Shown here piece after piece: positions 1 through 9,422 of a stretch of DNA of 64,000 bases. A program made the translations under genes and the position numbers. How positions within the stretch are numbered: position 1 is the first letter of the stretch; each line of letters begins with the position of its first letter. The stretch lies in assembly GCA_963735805.1 (NCBI GenBank), contig CAVTMK010000001.1, positions 358,246 through 422,245 of the forward strand, written 5' to 3'. The notes under the pieces are model-generated. The model ran no database searches and was not told where the DNA came from. It saw nothing but the letters and a program-made list of their open reading frames with translations. The stretch comes from an uncultured Verrucomicrobiae bacterium (lineage in GTDB: Bacteria > Verrucomicrobiota > Verrucomicrobiia > Chthoniobacterales > UBA10450).

Positions 1-130
1 CGCGTGTCGCCAACTGCTGTTGAACCATGAGCTGACGTTGGGCCACAAAATCCGGGCCTGATGTTGGCCTTTGCCCACAAGCAGTTGCCGCGAGCGCTGC
101 GATCACGAAGGATTGCCAAACTCGCTCCAC
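1..130 (-). CDS. pcm: 5' part of probable protein-L-isoaspartate O-methyltransferase with lipoprotein-like signal (runs off window start)
   Basis: Not in the ORF track. Hand translation from GTG at 130 gives MERVWQSFVIAALAATACGQRPTSGPDFVAQRQLMVQQQLATR; 'DF..QR..MV.QQL..R' resembles the Pcm N-terminus. Only 43 codons are visible. Confidence 0.55.
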   Translation of the reverse strand, partial: MERVWQSFVIAALAATACGQRPTSGPDFVAQRQLMVQQQLATR

Positions 131-153
131 CCGACAAAATAGTGCAGATTGCC

Positions 154-275
154 TGTCATTCCGAGCGAAACCGCCCGTCCGGCTCGGAGTCGAGAACGGA
201 GCGGTTGGGGAAAACGCGACAGAGACGGGCAGGCCGAGAGGCCGAGTGAGCGGTGCGAACGAGTCAAATCTCTAA
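154..275. repeat. Structured interspersed repeat-like element (TGTCATTCCGAGCGAA...AAATCTCT) upstream of thrS
   Basis: TCCGAGC 160-166 pairs with GCTCGGA 182-188; GCCCGTC 173-179 pairs with GACGGGC 224-230; a related start TGTCATTCGGACTGAAGTGGAG occurs at 23918. Confidence 0.5.
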
Positions 276-280
276 TCATA

Positions 281-2329
281 ATGGCTGAAGAACGCAAAAC
301 GTTAGAGCAACGCGAGCAAATGACAGATCTGGAACGTCTTCGTCACTCAGCTTCCCATGTATTGGCGACGGCAATCTTGAAAATCTGGCCCGAAGCGCAG
401 TTCGCCGCGGGGCCACCGGTGGAGACCGGTTTTTATTACGATGTCGATCTTCCGCACCGCATTTCGCCCGACGATTTCGAAAAGATCGAGGCGGAGATGA
501 AAAAGGAGATCAAAGCGAACCATCCGTTCGAGCGGGTTGAAGTCTCGCGCGATGACGCGCTCGCGCTTGGGAAGAAAGGCCGGCTTGCCGCACTTGGCGA
601 GCGACCCGAGCCAAGCAAATTCAAGCTCGATATTATCGAAAACATTCCGGCTGACGAAAAGATCTCGCTCTATCGCAGCGGAGATTTCATCGATCTTTGC
701 GCTGGGCCACACGTGATGCGCACGGGAAATATTGGCGCATTCAAGCTCACGAGCGTTGCAAGCGCCTACTACAAAGGCGACGAAAAAAATCCGCAACTAC
801 AGCGCGTTTACGGTACCGCCTTCAAGACCAAAAAGGAACTCGACGAGTATTTCGCCATGCTCGAGGAAGCGAAGAAACGCGATCATCGCAAGCTTGGCAA
901 GGAACTCGAACTTTTCGTTTTCGATGATGATGTCGGCCCCGGTCTCCCGATGTTTTTGCCGCGCGGGGCAGCCATCGCCGAAGAACTAGAGAAACTGGCA
1001 AAGGAAACAGAATTCGCAGCCGGCTACCAACGCGTGCGGACTCCGGAAATCGCACGAGAGAGTCTCTACAAAAAGAGCGGCCACCTTCCCTACTACGCTG
1101 AATCGATGTTTCCGCCGATGACTTTGCTCGAGGAGAAGCATCGCAAAATTCTTGAGAATCTGAAGATCGCGCGTGTCAGCTTCTCAGCGAGTTTTGATGC
1201 AGCAAGTGAACGAGCTTGGCAAGACATACAAGCAGAACTTGCCTTGCCGGACGTTGACGAGGCTAAGCGCCAAAACATCAGTGAACGAATTGGACTGTTG
1301 AATCCGGTTCAGGATGAAGACCGCGCGGAGCTCGCGCGCATTGATGCAATGATTCAAACAGTTGGCGACAACTACTACCTCAAAGCGATGAATTGTCCGC
1401 ATCACCACAAGTTATTCGCAGCGCTGCCTCGCAGTTATCGAGATCTGCCGCTGCGGCTCGCGGAGTACGGGACCGACTATCGGTATGAGAAAAGCGGCGA
1501 GTTGTTCGGGCTTATGCGGGTGCGCTCGCTGCACATGAATGACGCACATATCTACTGCACCCCAGAGCAGTTCGAGGCGGAGTTCAACGCGGTGAACGAG
1601 ATGTATCTGAATTATTTTAAGTTGTTCGGGATCGACAAATATCTAATGCGTTTCTCAACACATGATCCTTCGAAGCTCGGACAGAAGTTCGTCAACGAAC
1701 CTGAGCTTTGGAAACAAACTGAAGAGATGACTCGGAATGTACTGAAGAATTCCGGAATCAATTATGTCGAAGTGCCTAACGAAGCGGCGTTTTACGGCCC
1801 AAAGATCGACGTGCAAGTCTGGAGCGTAATTGGACGGGAGTTCACGCTCGCCACTAATCAGGTCGATTTCGCGCAACCGCGCAATTTTGATCTTCGTTAC
1901 AAAGACCGCGACAACACCGAAAAGATCCCGATCTGCATCCATCGCGCGCCGCTCGGTACGCATGAACGGTTCATCGGATTTTTGATCGAGCATTACGCCG
2001 GCAATTTCCCGTTGTGGCTGTCCCCGGAACAGGTGCGCATTCTCACGATCGGCGACGATCCGACGCTATTGGATTACGCGCGATCGATTTTGAAGGAACT
2101 GCGATCTCATCAAGTCCGCGCGGAAATTGACGGCAGCAGCGACAAGATCAACGGCAAAATCCAGCGTGCCGAACAAATGAAGGTCCACACCATGTTTGTG
2201 ATCGGAAAACGAGACATGGAAGCCGGCGCGGTGAGCGTCCGCGTTCACGGCAAAGGCAACCTCGGCGCGAAGCCGCGCACGCAGGCAGTCGCCGAAATCC
2301 TGGACAGTGTCAAAGCGCGCACGCCGTAG
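281..2329 (+). CDS. thrS: Threonine--tRNA ligase (no TGS domain; ~80-aa insertion in catalytic domain)
   Basis: RHSASH and DLCAGPH editing motifs, RDHRKLG, MNCPHH, FYGPKID, IHRA.LG..ERF and anticodon-binding C-terminus. Start placed at ATG 281. Confidence 0.97.
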   Translation: MAEERKTLEQREQMTDLERLRHSASHVLATAILKIWPEAQFAAGPPVETGFYYDVDLPHRISPDDFEKIEAEMKKEIKANHPFERVEVSRDDALALGKKGRLAALGERPEPSKFKLDIIENIPADEKISLYRSGDFIDLCAGPHVMRTGNIGAFKLTSVASAYYKGDEKNPQLQRVYGTAFKTKKELDEYFAMLEEAKKRDHRKLGKELELFVFDDDVGPGLPMFLPRGAAIAEELEKLAKETEFAAGYQRVRTPEIARESLYKKSGHLPYYAESMFPPMTLLEEKHRKILENLKIARVSFSASFDAASERAWQDIQAELALPDVDEAKRQNISERIGLLNPVQDEDRAELARIDAMIQTVGDNYYLKAMNCPHHHKLFAALPRSYRDLPLRLAEYGTDYRYEKSGELFGLMRVRSLHMNDAHIYCTPEQFEAEFNAVNEMYLNYFKLFGIDKYLMRFSTHDPSKLGQKFVNEPELWKQTEEMTRNVLKNSGINYVEVPNEAAFYGPKIDVQVWSVIGREFTLATNQVDFAQPRNFDLRYKDRDNTEKIPICIHRAPLGTHERFIGFLIEHYAGNFPLWLSPEQVRILTIGDDPTLLDYARSILKELRSHQVRAEIDGSSDKINGKIQRAEQMKVHTMFVIGKRDMEAGAVSVRVHGKGNLGAKPRTQAVAEILDSVKARTP

Positions 2330-2331
2330 TC

Positions 2332-2817
2332 ATGCCTAACGACAGAAAAATAATTCACGTCGGGGCTGGCGAAGGCCACGCATTCTCTGCGGCGGGAGAT
2401 GTTTATCGCATTCTGGCTTCGGGCCGGCAAACAGGAGACGTATACGCACTTCACGAGATTCGCGTCTCACCAAACAACGGGCCGCCTCCCCACATTCATT
2501 CTCGTGAAGACGAATCTTTTTTTGTTTTGGAAGGCGAAGTCGAATTCCACGTTGGTGACGAGAAGATCACGGGCCTGCCCGGCACGTTCATTCGAGGATC
2601 GCGAGGCATTGCACACAGTTTTAAAAACAACACGCAACTGCCGGCGCGCATACTAGTGTTTGTCACCCCGGCCGGATTTGAGAATTTCTTCCACGAATTT
2701 GCGCGACCAGTCGCGTCATTCGATTCGCCGGCGATACCCGTAAGCAAAGACGAAGTCGATAAACTATTGGCAGCAGCGCCGAAATACGGCCTTCAGGTTC
2801 TGTCGCCGAACAAATGA
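2332..2817 (+). CDS. Cupin domain protein (quercetin 2,3-dioxygenase-like)
   Basis: GPPPHIHSREDESFFVLEG and G..HSF cupin motifs. Confidence 0.85.
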   Translation: MPNDRKIIHVGAGEGHAFSAAGDVYRILASGRQTGDVYALHEIRVSPNNGPPPHIHSREDESFFVLEGEVEFHVGDEKITGLPGTFIRGSRGIAHSFKNNTQLPARILVFVTPAGFENFFHEFARPVASFDSPAIPVSKDEVDKLLAAAPKYGLQVLSPNK

Positions 2818-2873
2818 GAGTCATACCATTTTCGTGATGTGGATGAACACCTCATATATCTTTTCAGTTTATC

Positions 2874-3467
2874 TTATTCTTTTTCTTCTCTGATTTTCTT
2901 CTTGCTAATGACTTGGAATTTTCCGTGTTCTTCGAAGCGGACGGTAAACTGAATCTTCGCGTCACCTGCGCCGCCTCGGAAAATTGAGAATTGCTCCAGC
3001 ACTAAGGTCCCCGGCTTCACCCAGCGCAGCGGTTTGACGTACTCATTGCGGACGTCGCCACCGGGATCGATCCCGAGATATTCTGTTTTGAATTCTTCGA
3101 AGCGATCACCGGAACGCTGGCAGACACGGGTCTCGGTGACGCGCTGACCAAGCGACAAAGCATAGGCGAACCATCTCGAGTCCTGAGACCATATGACTTT
3201 TCCCTGCAGACCGCCTTCTTGGTCGCTGAAGTCCAACACGACTTCCTCGCCGGGCATCGCAATCAGTTCGAGTTTTCGCGTCGCTTCGGCAGGGATCTCG
3301 TCTCCGCTTTCAAGAAGCAGACTCGGGTCGTAGGCAATCCGCACCGCGAATCGTTTGTCCGGTGAGAAATTAGTAATCGTTTCGGCGGTTGGGATTTCCT
3401 CTGCAAGCGCCGATGCACAGGCGAAAAACAAAGCCAGGACCGAGGCGTTGCCGATCGGTCGTCTCAT
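2874..3467 (-). CDS. Exported hypothetical protein (SPD/WSxDS beta-sheet family)
   Basis: Signal peptide MRRPIGNASVLALFFACASALA; motifs FSPDKRF and VIWSQDSRWF; similar to 8305..8988. Confidence 0.75.
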   Translation of the reverse strand: MRRPIGNASVLALFFACASALAEEIPTAETITNFSPDKRFAVRIAYDPSLLLESGDEIPAEATRKLELIAMPGEEVVLDFSDQEGGLQGKVIWSQDSRWFAYALSLGQRVTETRVCQRSGDRFEEFKTEYLGIDPGGDVRNEYVKPLRWVKPGTLVLEQFSIFRGGAGDAKIQFTVRFEEHGKFQVISKKKIREEKE

Positions 3468-3529
3468 AAGGGAGCAGGTTGAGAAATTCCCGCGTGGAGT
3501 GTCAAGCAATCTCCTGATAGGATCGGCTC

Positions 3530-4378
3530 GTGAAAAGCTTCCAGAGCGTCAGACCGGCAACGAAGTCGATCTTGTATGCGACATCACTGATGATGGCGAA
3601 CCCGTTTCTCGGTGCGAAAGCTGACGTACACCCAATTGTTGAAGTCCAGAGCGGGTATCTATTCGGCGCGACCGCCGACGGTAAGTGGATCAAATCGGAA
3701 GAAGCGGCCAAAGCTATCTCCGGTAAAAGGACGTACGAAATCTACGGATTGACCCAGTCACTCGGCCAAGCCAAGGGAGGCAAGCCGAAGCCGGCAGAAG
3801 AAGAAGTGTGTTCAGACGTGTTGACAGTTTCGCTCTCACCAAAGCCAGAGAACGGCGTGATCGCGCTTGCTGCACCGTGGAACGCGTTGCCGCGAAAACC
3901 GCGCGTGATGGATACGATCCAGCAGGTGTATGTCGAAGCTGTTCGCGATTTTTTGAAAACCAAAGGGATCGAGGAACCGAAGGTCAAAATCGACAACATC
4001 ATTCGCGTTGATTTGGATGGCGATGGCGAAGACGAAGTGTTGATCAGCACAACGAATTACAAGGAAGAGGGCATGCCGATGAGATCTCCGGCTGGCAGTT
4101 ATTCGATGGTACTGTTGCGGCGGATCGTCTCTGGAAAGGTGGAAACACAACTGGTGGAAGGAGAATTTTATCCGAAGGCTTACCAGAACGGCCCTCACGA
4201 TGACGCGAGCTTCAACGCACCGAACGCTTACAAAATAATCGCGGTGCTTGATCTGGACGGCGACGGTAAAATGGAAGTCGTCGTCACGTCGCAATACTAC
4301 GAGGGAGGAACAACGACCATTTATCGGTGCGATCCGAAAAAGGTTAAAGAGTTACTTTCCGTTACCTGCGGAGTGTGA
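3530..4378 (+). CDS. Exported protein with two DLDGDG (FG-GAP/VCBS-like Ca-binding) motifs
   Basis: VDLDGDGEDEVLI and LDLDGDGKMEVVV; hydrophobic N-terminus. Confidence 0.8.
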   Translation: MKSFQSVRPATKSILYATSLMMANPFLGAKADVHPIVEVQSGYLFGATADGKWIKSEEAAKAISGKRTYEIYGLTQSLGQAKGGKPKPAEEEVCSDVLTVSLSPKPENGVIALAAPWNALPRKPRVMDTIQQVYVEAVRDFLKTKGIEEPKVKIDNIIRVDLDGDGEDEVLISTTNYKEEGMPMRSPAGSYSMVLLRRIVSGKVETQLVEGEFYPKAYQNGPHDDASFNAPNAYKIIAVLDLDGDGKMEVVVTSQYYEGGTTTIYRCDPKKVKELLSVTCGV

Positions 4379-4557
4379 GCCAGCACGGCGCGAAATCCGG
4401 TGCGCCGCTCCTTGCGGTTTATGACGAATGGACAAGGAACGGCGGCGATTTTCCCGAAGGCAGCGAAACCGTTGCGATTGTGTTTGACGCTCAACACAAG
4501 GTTTCGATTCAATTAGGAATCTCAGCAGGCCTGCTGGGAACCAATCAGTATCCCGAT

Positions 4558-5343
4558 ATGAAAGTGAGTCGATTGATATTCACGCTTCTGTTGGCGTCGA
4601 GTATCGCTGTCGTTCAATTGGCCGCGCAACAAACCAATGCCGATCAAAAACCGATTGACGAAGTCAAGGCGAAGGCAGAAGCAGGCGACGCAGAGTCCGA
4701 AGTGGAACTCGGTCTTCGCTACGACAAGGGCACAGGCGTGGTGAAGGATCATGTGGAGGCCGCGAAGTGGTATCGCAAAGCCGCCGAACAGAATCTAGCC
4801 AAGGCTCAATACAACCTGGGACTCTGCTACGGACACGGCGAAGGTGTGGTGAAGGATCAGGTAGAGGCGGTGAAGTGGTTTCGCAAAGCCGCCGAACAAA
4901 ATTACGCCGCGGCTCAATACAACCTGGGCGTCTGCTACCAACGGGGCGACGGCTGCCGCGACGGCGTGGCGGAGGATGATGTGGAGGCGGTGAAATGGTA
5001 TCGCAAAGCCGCCGAGCAAAATTACGCCGCGGCTCAATACAACCTAGGCGTCTGCTACGATCGGGGCGACGGCGTGGCGGAGGATCACGTGGAGGCCGCG
5101 AAATGGTATCGCAAAGCCGCCGAACAGAATGACGCCGATGCGCAATACAATTTGGGCATCTGTTACGAACGGGGCGACGGCGTGGCGGAGGATTGGGTCG
5201 AAGCTTACAAGTGGCTGTTGCTGGCAGCGAGGCAAGGCCATGAGACTCCTAAGGAGCACATGACCTTGCTGGAAAGTAAGCTGCTGACGCCGGAGCAGGT
5301 TGCGCAGGGACAAAAGCGGGCGCGCGAGTTCAAGCCACGCTAG
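4558..5343 (+). CDS. Secreted Sel1-like repeat protein
   Basis: Signal peptide MKVSRLIFTLLLASSIAVVQLAA, then ~5 repeats of AQYNLG.CY..G.GV..D.VEA.KWYRKAAEQ (108-bp DNA repeats). Confidence 0.93.
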   Translation: MKVSRLIFTLLLASSIAVVQLAAQQTNADQKPIDEVKAKAEAGDAESEVELGLRYDKGTGVVKDHVEAAKWYRKAAEQNLAKAQYNLGLCYGHGEGVVKDQVEAVKWFRKAAEQNYAAAQYNLGVCYQRGDGCRDGVAEDDVEAVKWYRKAAEQNYAAAQYNLGVCYDRGDGVAEDHVEAAKWYRKAAEQNDADAQYNLGICYERGDGVAEDWVEAYKWLLLAARQGHETPKEHMTLLESKLLTPEQVAQGQKRAREFKPR

Positions 5344-5383
5344 GTGGCGGTGACGATCTTCATCAATAGGACTCTTTCTCCAC

Positions 5384-5500
5384 ACGGGAACATGGAAATC
5401 GTCCCAGCCTCGAGCTTTTACGAAGGAGAAGCGACGACGATTTATCGTTGCGGTCCGAAAAAAGATTGAATCCTTACTTTCCGTCGCTTGCGGGGGGTAG
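5384..5500 (+). pseudogene. Degenerate copy of the 3' end of gene 3530..4378
   Basis: Translates MEIVPASSFYEGEATTIYRCGPKK/(+1)IESLLSVACGG* versus MEVVVTSQYYEGGTTTIYRCDPKKVKELLSVTCGV* at 4271-4378. Confidence 0.85.
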
Positions 5501-5695
5501 AGCCGACACGGCGTCACGTTTCGTTACCGCATGCTTGTTCGGAATCCAGATAGCAAAACAAGGACTCGTACAAAAAGGAGCAAAGGAAACAAAGGTGGTA
5601 TTTTGAGTTCAGGACTGATTGCGTCCGATGGGAACCACAAAGCCTCACTTCAGAGTGTCAGGGTTAGCCGAAAAGCGCAATCAGATGCCGAACTC

Positions 5696-6734
5696 TTACT
5701 CCGCGTAACGCTCGACGGCCAGGATTCGTGCTTGCGTGCTGTCTAGCATGTATTGCCAATAGCGACGTTCTGCTACTGATCTGCCGCCAGCTTGTTTGTA
5801 AAATGTCGCCCCGGCATCGCGTGTTTTGATCCACTGACGCTGATCTTCACGCAGACTAGTTTGCTGGTCCTCGTCGAGCTTAGCCAAGATATCGTTGTAG
5901 GTTTTGTTGAGCTTGTTGTCCGCCTCTTCGTAGCGCTTCCTGAGTTCAGTTTCCGGCGGCAACTCAGCCAAGGGTTCTGCGCTAGCTGCTTCCGGAAAGA
6001 TCGGCCTGCCGCTTTCTTCTTGGAAGAATGCTTTCCATCGGTTCCGTGCGTCTCTGTCGAGGCGCCGAAGATAGTCCGTGAGCTCAAGACGTTCGGTCTT
6101 GGTATTAAAATAGAGGTACCAAAGATAAATACCGTGGTTGCGTTCGTCGCCCACGCCGCCGCGAAGATCGACAAGTAGTCGAGCTGAGTCCGGACTCCAC
6201 GCGACGAAATCAATGATCCCTTCATCTCCCTGCCGATATGGCACATCGTCAGGTTCGATGTGTTCCTGCCCGGCAAAGAATCGCCACGAAAGCTCGGCCA
6301 ACCTTTGAGATTTAACCGGTTTGAATTTCAAGCCTTCGCCGCCATTGAATAATTCGCCGTCGCCCATGTGACTGCCGAGATGATAGGTGGCGAAAATCCA
6401 GCGTTCATCAGGCGAAATAAAATACTCCGCTGGCACGACCTGACGTTTGTCGCCTAACGGCTCGCGAATGTTTGGATCGGCAGTCGGAAACGACGTATTG
6501 CTGCTGGTACGGATCGATTGTCGGATCCTCGGCCGGAATGTACACGGTCTCGATCGTAAATGTTCCTTTCGGGCTGGTCTGTGGCGGCGGCCGTTCGATG
6601 CCAGGTGGGGGCGGTTGAGGTTCTGATTCGATCTTGAACGTCCCTTTAGGACTGGTCTGCGCTACAAGGACTCCATCGCTCCACGTTGCGCAGCAAAACA
6701 CAACAAACAAGAAACCTGGCGATAGAACTTTCAT
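5696..6734 (-). pseudogene. Exported protein with C-terminal DUF1311/LprI lysozyme-inhibitor-like domain, split by a +1 frameshift near 6486
   Basis: Signal peptide from ATG 6734. Removing one base joins QYVVS to TADPNIREPLGDKRQVVPAEYF. C-terminal YEEADNKLNKTY...LREDQRQWIKTRDA is DUF1311-like. Confidence 0.75.
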
Positions 6735-6747
6735 AATCGCGAAATCA

Positions 6748-7551
6748 TTATCGATGGGTTTCCTGTGTGAGTAATCTGGTTGCTTGTTCAAGGTTCGCTC
6801 GGGTCGCTACCTTTTCCAGACCACGGTTCAGTTCGTCGTCAGACTTGGCACCGAGAGCGATGGATTCGTTGAAATCAGCGATCGCTCTTTGCAAATCCGC
6901 AATCCGAGAGGTCCGATCACTCGAAGCTTTTGCGCGGTGGAGATAAAGCATGCCCCGGTTCTGGTAAACAAATGGGGCAAACCGACCTTGCAGTTTGATC
7001 GCGTTCTCATAAAGCTTAAGCGCTTCATCATAATTTTTGGCTGCTTCGGCCTGCGCCGCCTTTATCGCGAGTCTCATATCGTCGGACTCGGCCGGCGCCG
7101 TAGCGTCATGTTCAGCCGAGGTTTGCTTGCTCCTGGCAGGAACGTTGTCGGGGTTAATATTAACAGACAATTGGATCGGCCATCCCGGGCGCGGTGGAGC
7201 AGGCAAACGTAAGTCACGCAATTTGGCGCCGACGCAGGCGGCCGCAGGTTGGTCGGGCGCAGTTAACACCTGTTCCACTTGACCATTGGCCGCAAAAACA
7301 AGAACAACCTCGAATTTTATTCGCGGCCCGGAGTCTTTAGTGCAAGCCCCCACCACGTCACTCAGTCGCGGCGCAACAACCTTTGAGAATTCGACGTCGT
7401 ATGCCTTTCCCTGATCCGTCTCTTCGAGATGCTTCGCCTCGGCTAAGGCCTCGGCAAAGGACATCTCACCAGCCTGTGCTCTGATTGAAATCAACACGGT
7501 TGGTAGCCCAGCGATCGTGAGAGCGATAATAAGTCTGCGGAGAGGCCTCAT
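6748..7551 (-). CDS. Exported protein: TonB-C/AgmX-like domain plus C-terminal TPRs
   Basis: Signal peptide; F.ANGQV..V...AAACV...L..LRLPAPP; TPR helices YDEALKLYENAI, VYQNRGMLY, AIADFNESI. Confidence 0.7.
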   Translation of the reverse strand: MRPLRRLIIALTIAGLPTVLISIRAQAGEMSFAEALAEAKHLEETDQGKAYDVEFSKVVAPRLSDVVGACTKDSGPRIKFEVVLVFAANGQVEQVLTAPDQPAAACVGAKLRDLRLPAPPRPGWPIQLSVNINPDNVPARSKQTSAEHDATAPAESDDMRLAIKAAQAEAAKNYDEALKLYENAIKLQGRFAPFVYQNRGMLYLHRAKASSDRTSRIADLQRAIADFNESIALGAKSDDELNRGLEKVATRANLEQATRLLTQETHR

Positions 7552-7558
7552 ACTTCTG

Positions 7559-8308
7559 CTAATCGCGCGAATTTTCACTTTTCTGCGAAGTCACTCCCGA
7601 TACCTTTTTTTTTGACGTGAACTTTGCCTGCGCAATGTCCCAAACCGCCTTCAGCTGCGCCGACCATCTATGCTCGGAGAGCCCTTTGGGGTCAGTCGTC
7701 GCCTCGCCATTAATTACCACGCGATTGCTGCCGTCGAGCTTGAACACGGGGCCATCCTCCGCGTCAAAAATAAAATCGAAAACGTCGTTGTAGGGTTCGG
7801 CTTTTGACTTGCGGTAACCCGGCAACAATAGATCGTGTGCCTTCGCGAGAAGGTTCGTCGTTCGAGCCAGCTTACCATCGTGGAATTCCAGTAGAAACAC
7901 GTCGTGCGGACCCCACTTGCCATCGAGCGTAACCAGCGCGACCGAGCTATCATCCGACCATTCCGCGCTCACGCCACCATTACTCTCATGTTGGAAGTAA
8001 GGATACTTCGTTGGTAACTCGCCCAGGACAGTAAACGGCTGCAGCGCGACAATGTAGTTTTTGACGCTCTCCGGATGATTTGCATTCTCCGCAGCTTCAT
8101 CTGCTTCTAGCGTCGGATAGATGAAAGCGACTTTTTTGTCCGGCGAAATCGTGCCGGCGGCTACTAAATAGTTTTTCGCGTAATCTTCAGGCAACCCTGC
8201 TGACGAATCCTCTCCGGCAGCTTCCGATTCTTCATCAGCCGCGAGAATGGAAAAACCGCAGCCGATGGCGCAGCCGACGATTGCGACAAAGGTGAGAACT
8301 GTTCTCAT
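7559..8308 (-). CDS. Exported hypothetical protein
   Basis: Signal peptide; ISPDKK and AEWSDDS motifs; 4-nt overlap with the upstream gene. Confidence 0.75.
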   Translation of the reverse strand: MRTVLTFVAIVGCAIGCGFSILAADEESEAAGEDSSAGLPEDYAKNYLVAAGTISPDKKVAFIYPTLEADEAAENANHPESVKNYIVALQPFTVLGELPTKYPYFQHESNGGVSAEWSDDSSVALVTLDGKWGPHDVFLLEFHDGKLARTTNLLAKAHDLLLPGYRKSKAEPYNDVFDFIFDAEDGPVFKLDGSNRVVINGEATTDPKGLSEHRWSAQLKAVWDIAQAKFTSKKKVSGVTSQKSENSRD

Positions 8309-8988
8309 TGTTCGTTACCTCTCTCTTTGAGCTCCTTCTCTGACATCCTATGGGGTTTGACGATCTTCGAGTTCCCTTCCGCATCGAACTTCAATGTGAA
8401 AAGGAAAGTTTGTTTGCGTGAGTTTTGTCCAGTTGAGCCCCAATCAACGTAAACGATCGCAGTATCGGCGTCGGTCCATTGACGCGCCTTTACGATATCA
8501 GGGATTGGATCGGTGCGGTCACCGCTTATCGATAGCTGCTTGACCAGTTTTGCAAACGTCGCAGGCGCCGAGTCCACATCAATAGGCGATTGCAGCTGCG
8601 TCCATTTGTTATCGCGAAGCTGATAAAACGCGACTGTTTCGTAGGTGGTGTGGGGCGGATGTGGCGGAGTGTAATTGAAAGCAAACCGTTTCGAATCCGG
8701 CGTCCAAACGATCGTTGCGTCGCGACAATAAGGAACCTCCACGTCATTGGAAAGGTCCAGCGCCATATGATTCGTGTCCGCTTTCACGATCGACGACCAG
8801 AGCCCGTCGGTGCACCGATATCCCCATTGTTTGTCCGGAGAAAACCAAGTCGGGTGCGGTTGCGCTGTTGCCTCGGACGCTGTGCTCTCAGGAACTGATG
8901 ATGGTATTTGCGCCGGCGATGGAGACTCCTGCGCATCGGAGGTAATGGCGCACACGACAGCAAGCACGAGCAACAAGGGATGTCTCAT
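8305..8988 (-). CDS. Exported hypothetical protein (paralog of 2874..3467)
   Basis: Signal peptide; FSPDKQW, IVWTPDSKRFAF and FTLKFDAEGNSKIV match the paralog. Confidence 0.75.
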   Translation of the reverse strand: MRHPLLLVLAVVCAITSDAQESPSPAQIPSSVPESTASEATAQPHPTWFSPDKQWGYRCTDGLWSSIVKADTNHMALDLSNDVEVPYCRDATIVWTPDSKRFAFNYTPPHPPHTTYETVAFYQLRDNKWTQLQSPIDVDSAPATFAKLVKQLSISGDRTDPIPDIVKARQWTDADTAIVYVDWGSTGQNSRKQTFLFTLKFDAEGNSKIVKPHRMSEKELKERGNEQ

Positions 8989-9005
8989 TTGTTGGGTGTT
9001 AACGG

Positions 9006-9422
9006 TTACTCATTAACATTATCCAGGCCGGCAAATTCCCAGCCGCTCTTGGTCAATTCAAAGATGAAGCGAATGGGTGCATTTTCCATGTCGTCCGGCG
9101 TTTCCTTAAAAGGGCAGTAGATCTCATACTGCCGGAGCGATTCTTTCCGCGGTTTGGCGCTTGCAAAACATTGAGCGGCATTGGCCTCGCCTTTGAAAAC
9201 CTCATTATAACGGTGCAAAAAATCCTGCTTGTCCTTTACGGCTTTTACCGAATACGGCATCGACAGCGGGAATTTTGTCATGTTCGCCACCATTACCTTA
9301 TCGCCAGCAATGACAGCCGACTTGAATTTGTTCCAGAATGCCAAAAACTCGGTCTGCGCAAACGCCTCCGGCAGGAAGAACAGAATCAGAATTGCCACCA
9401 CCCAAGTTCTAAAAGACTTCAT
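9006..9422 (-). CDS. Exported hypothetical protein
   Basis: Signal peptide ending AFA; FWNKFKSAV...KFPL motif; ATGA overlap with the upstream gene. Confidence 0.75.
   Translation of the reverse strand: MKSFRTWVVAILILFFLPEAFAQTEFLAFWNKFKSAVIAGDKVMVANMTKFPLSMPYSVKAVKDKQDFLHRYNEVFKGEANAAQCFASAKPRKESLRQYEIYCPFKETPDDMENAPIRFIFELTKSGWEFAGLDNVNE

Noticed and set aside
149..280. 44-aa N-terminal extension of ThrRS in the ORF track
   Set aside because: It is translation of the upstream repeat-like element; ThrRS-like sequence starts at ATG 281.
1121..1372. Intein or intron in thrS
   Set aside because: No C/S start, no HN-C/S/T end, no endonuclease motifs, and no intron-like structure seen.
4690..5230. 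CRISPR-like regularly spaced repeats
   Set aside because: The units are in-frame Sel1 coding repeats with homologous 'spacers', and no cas genes are present.
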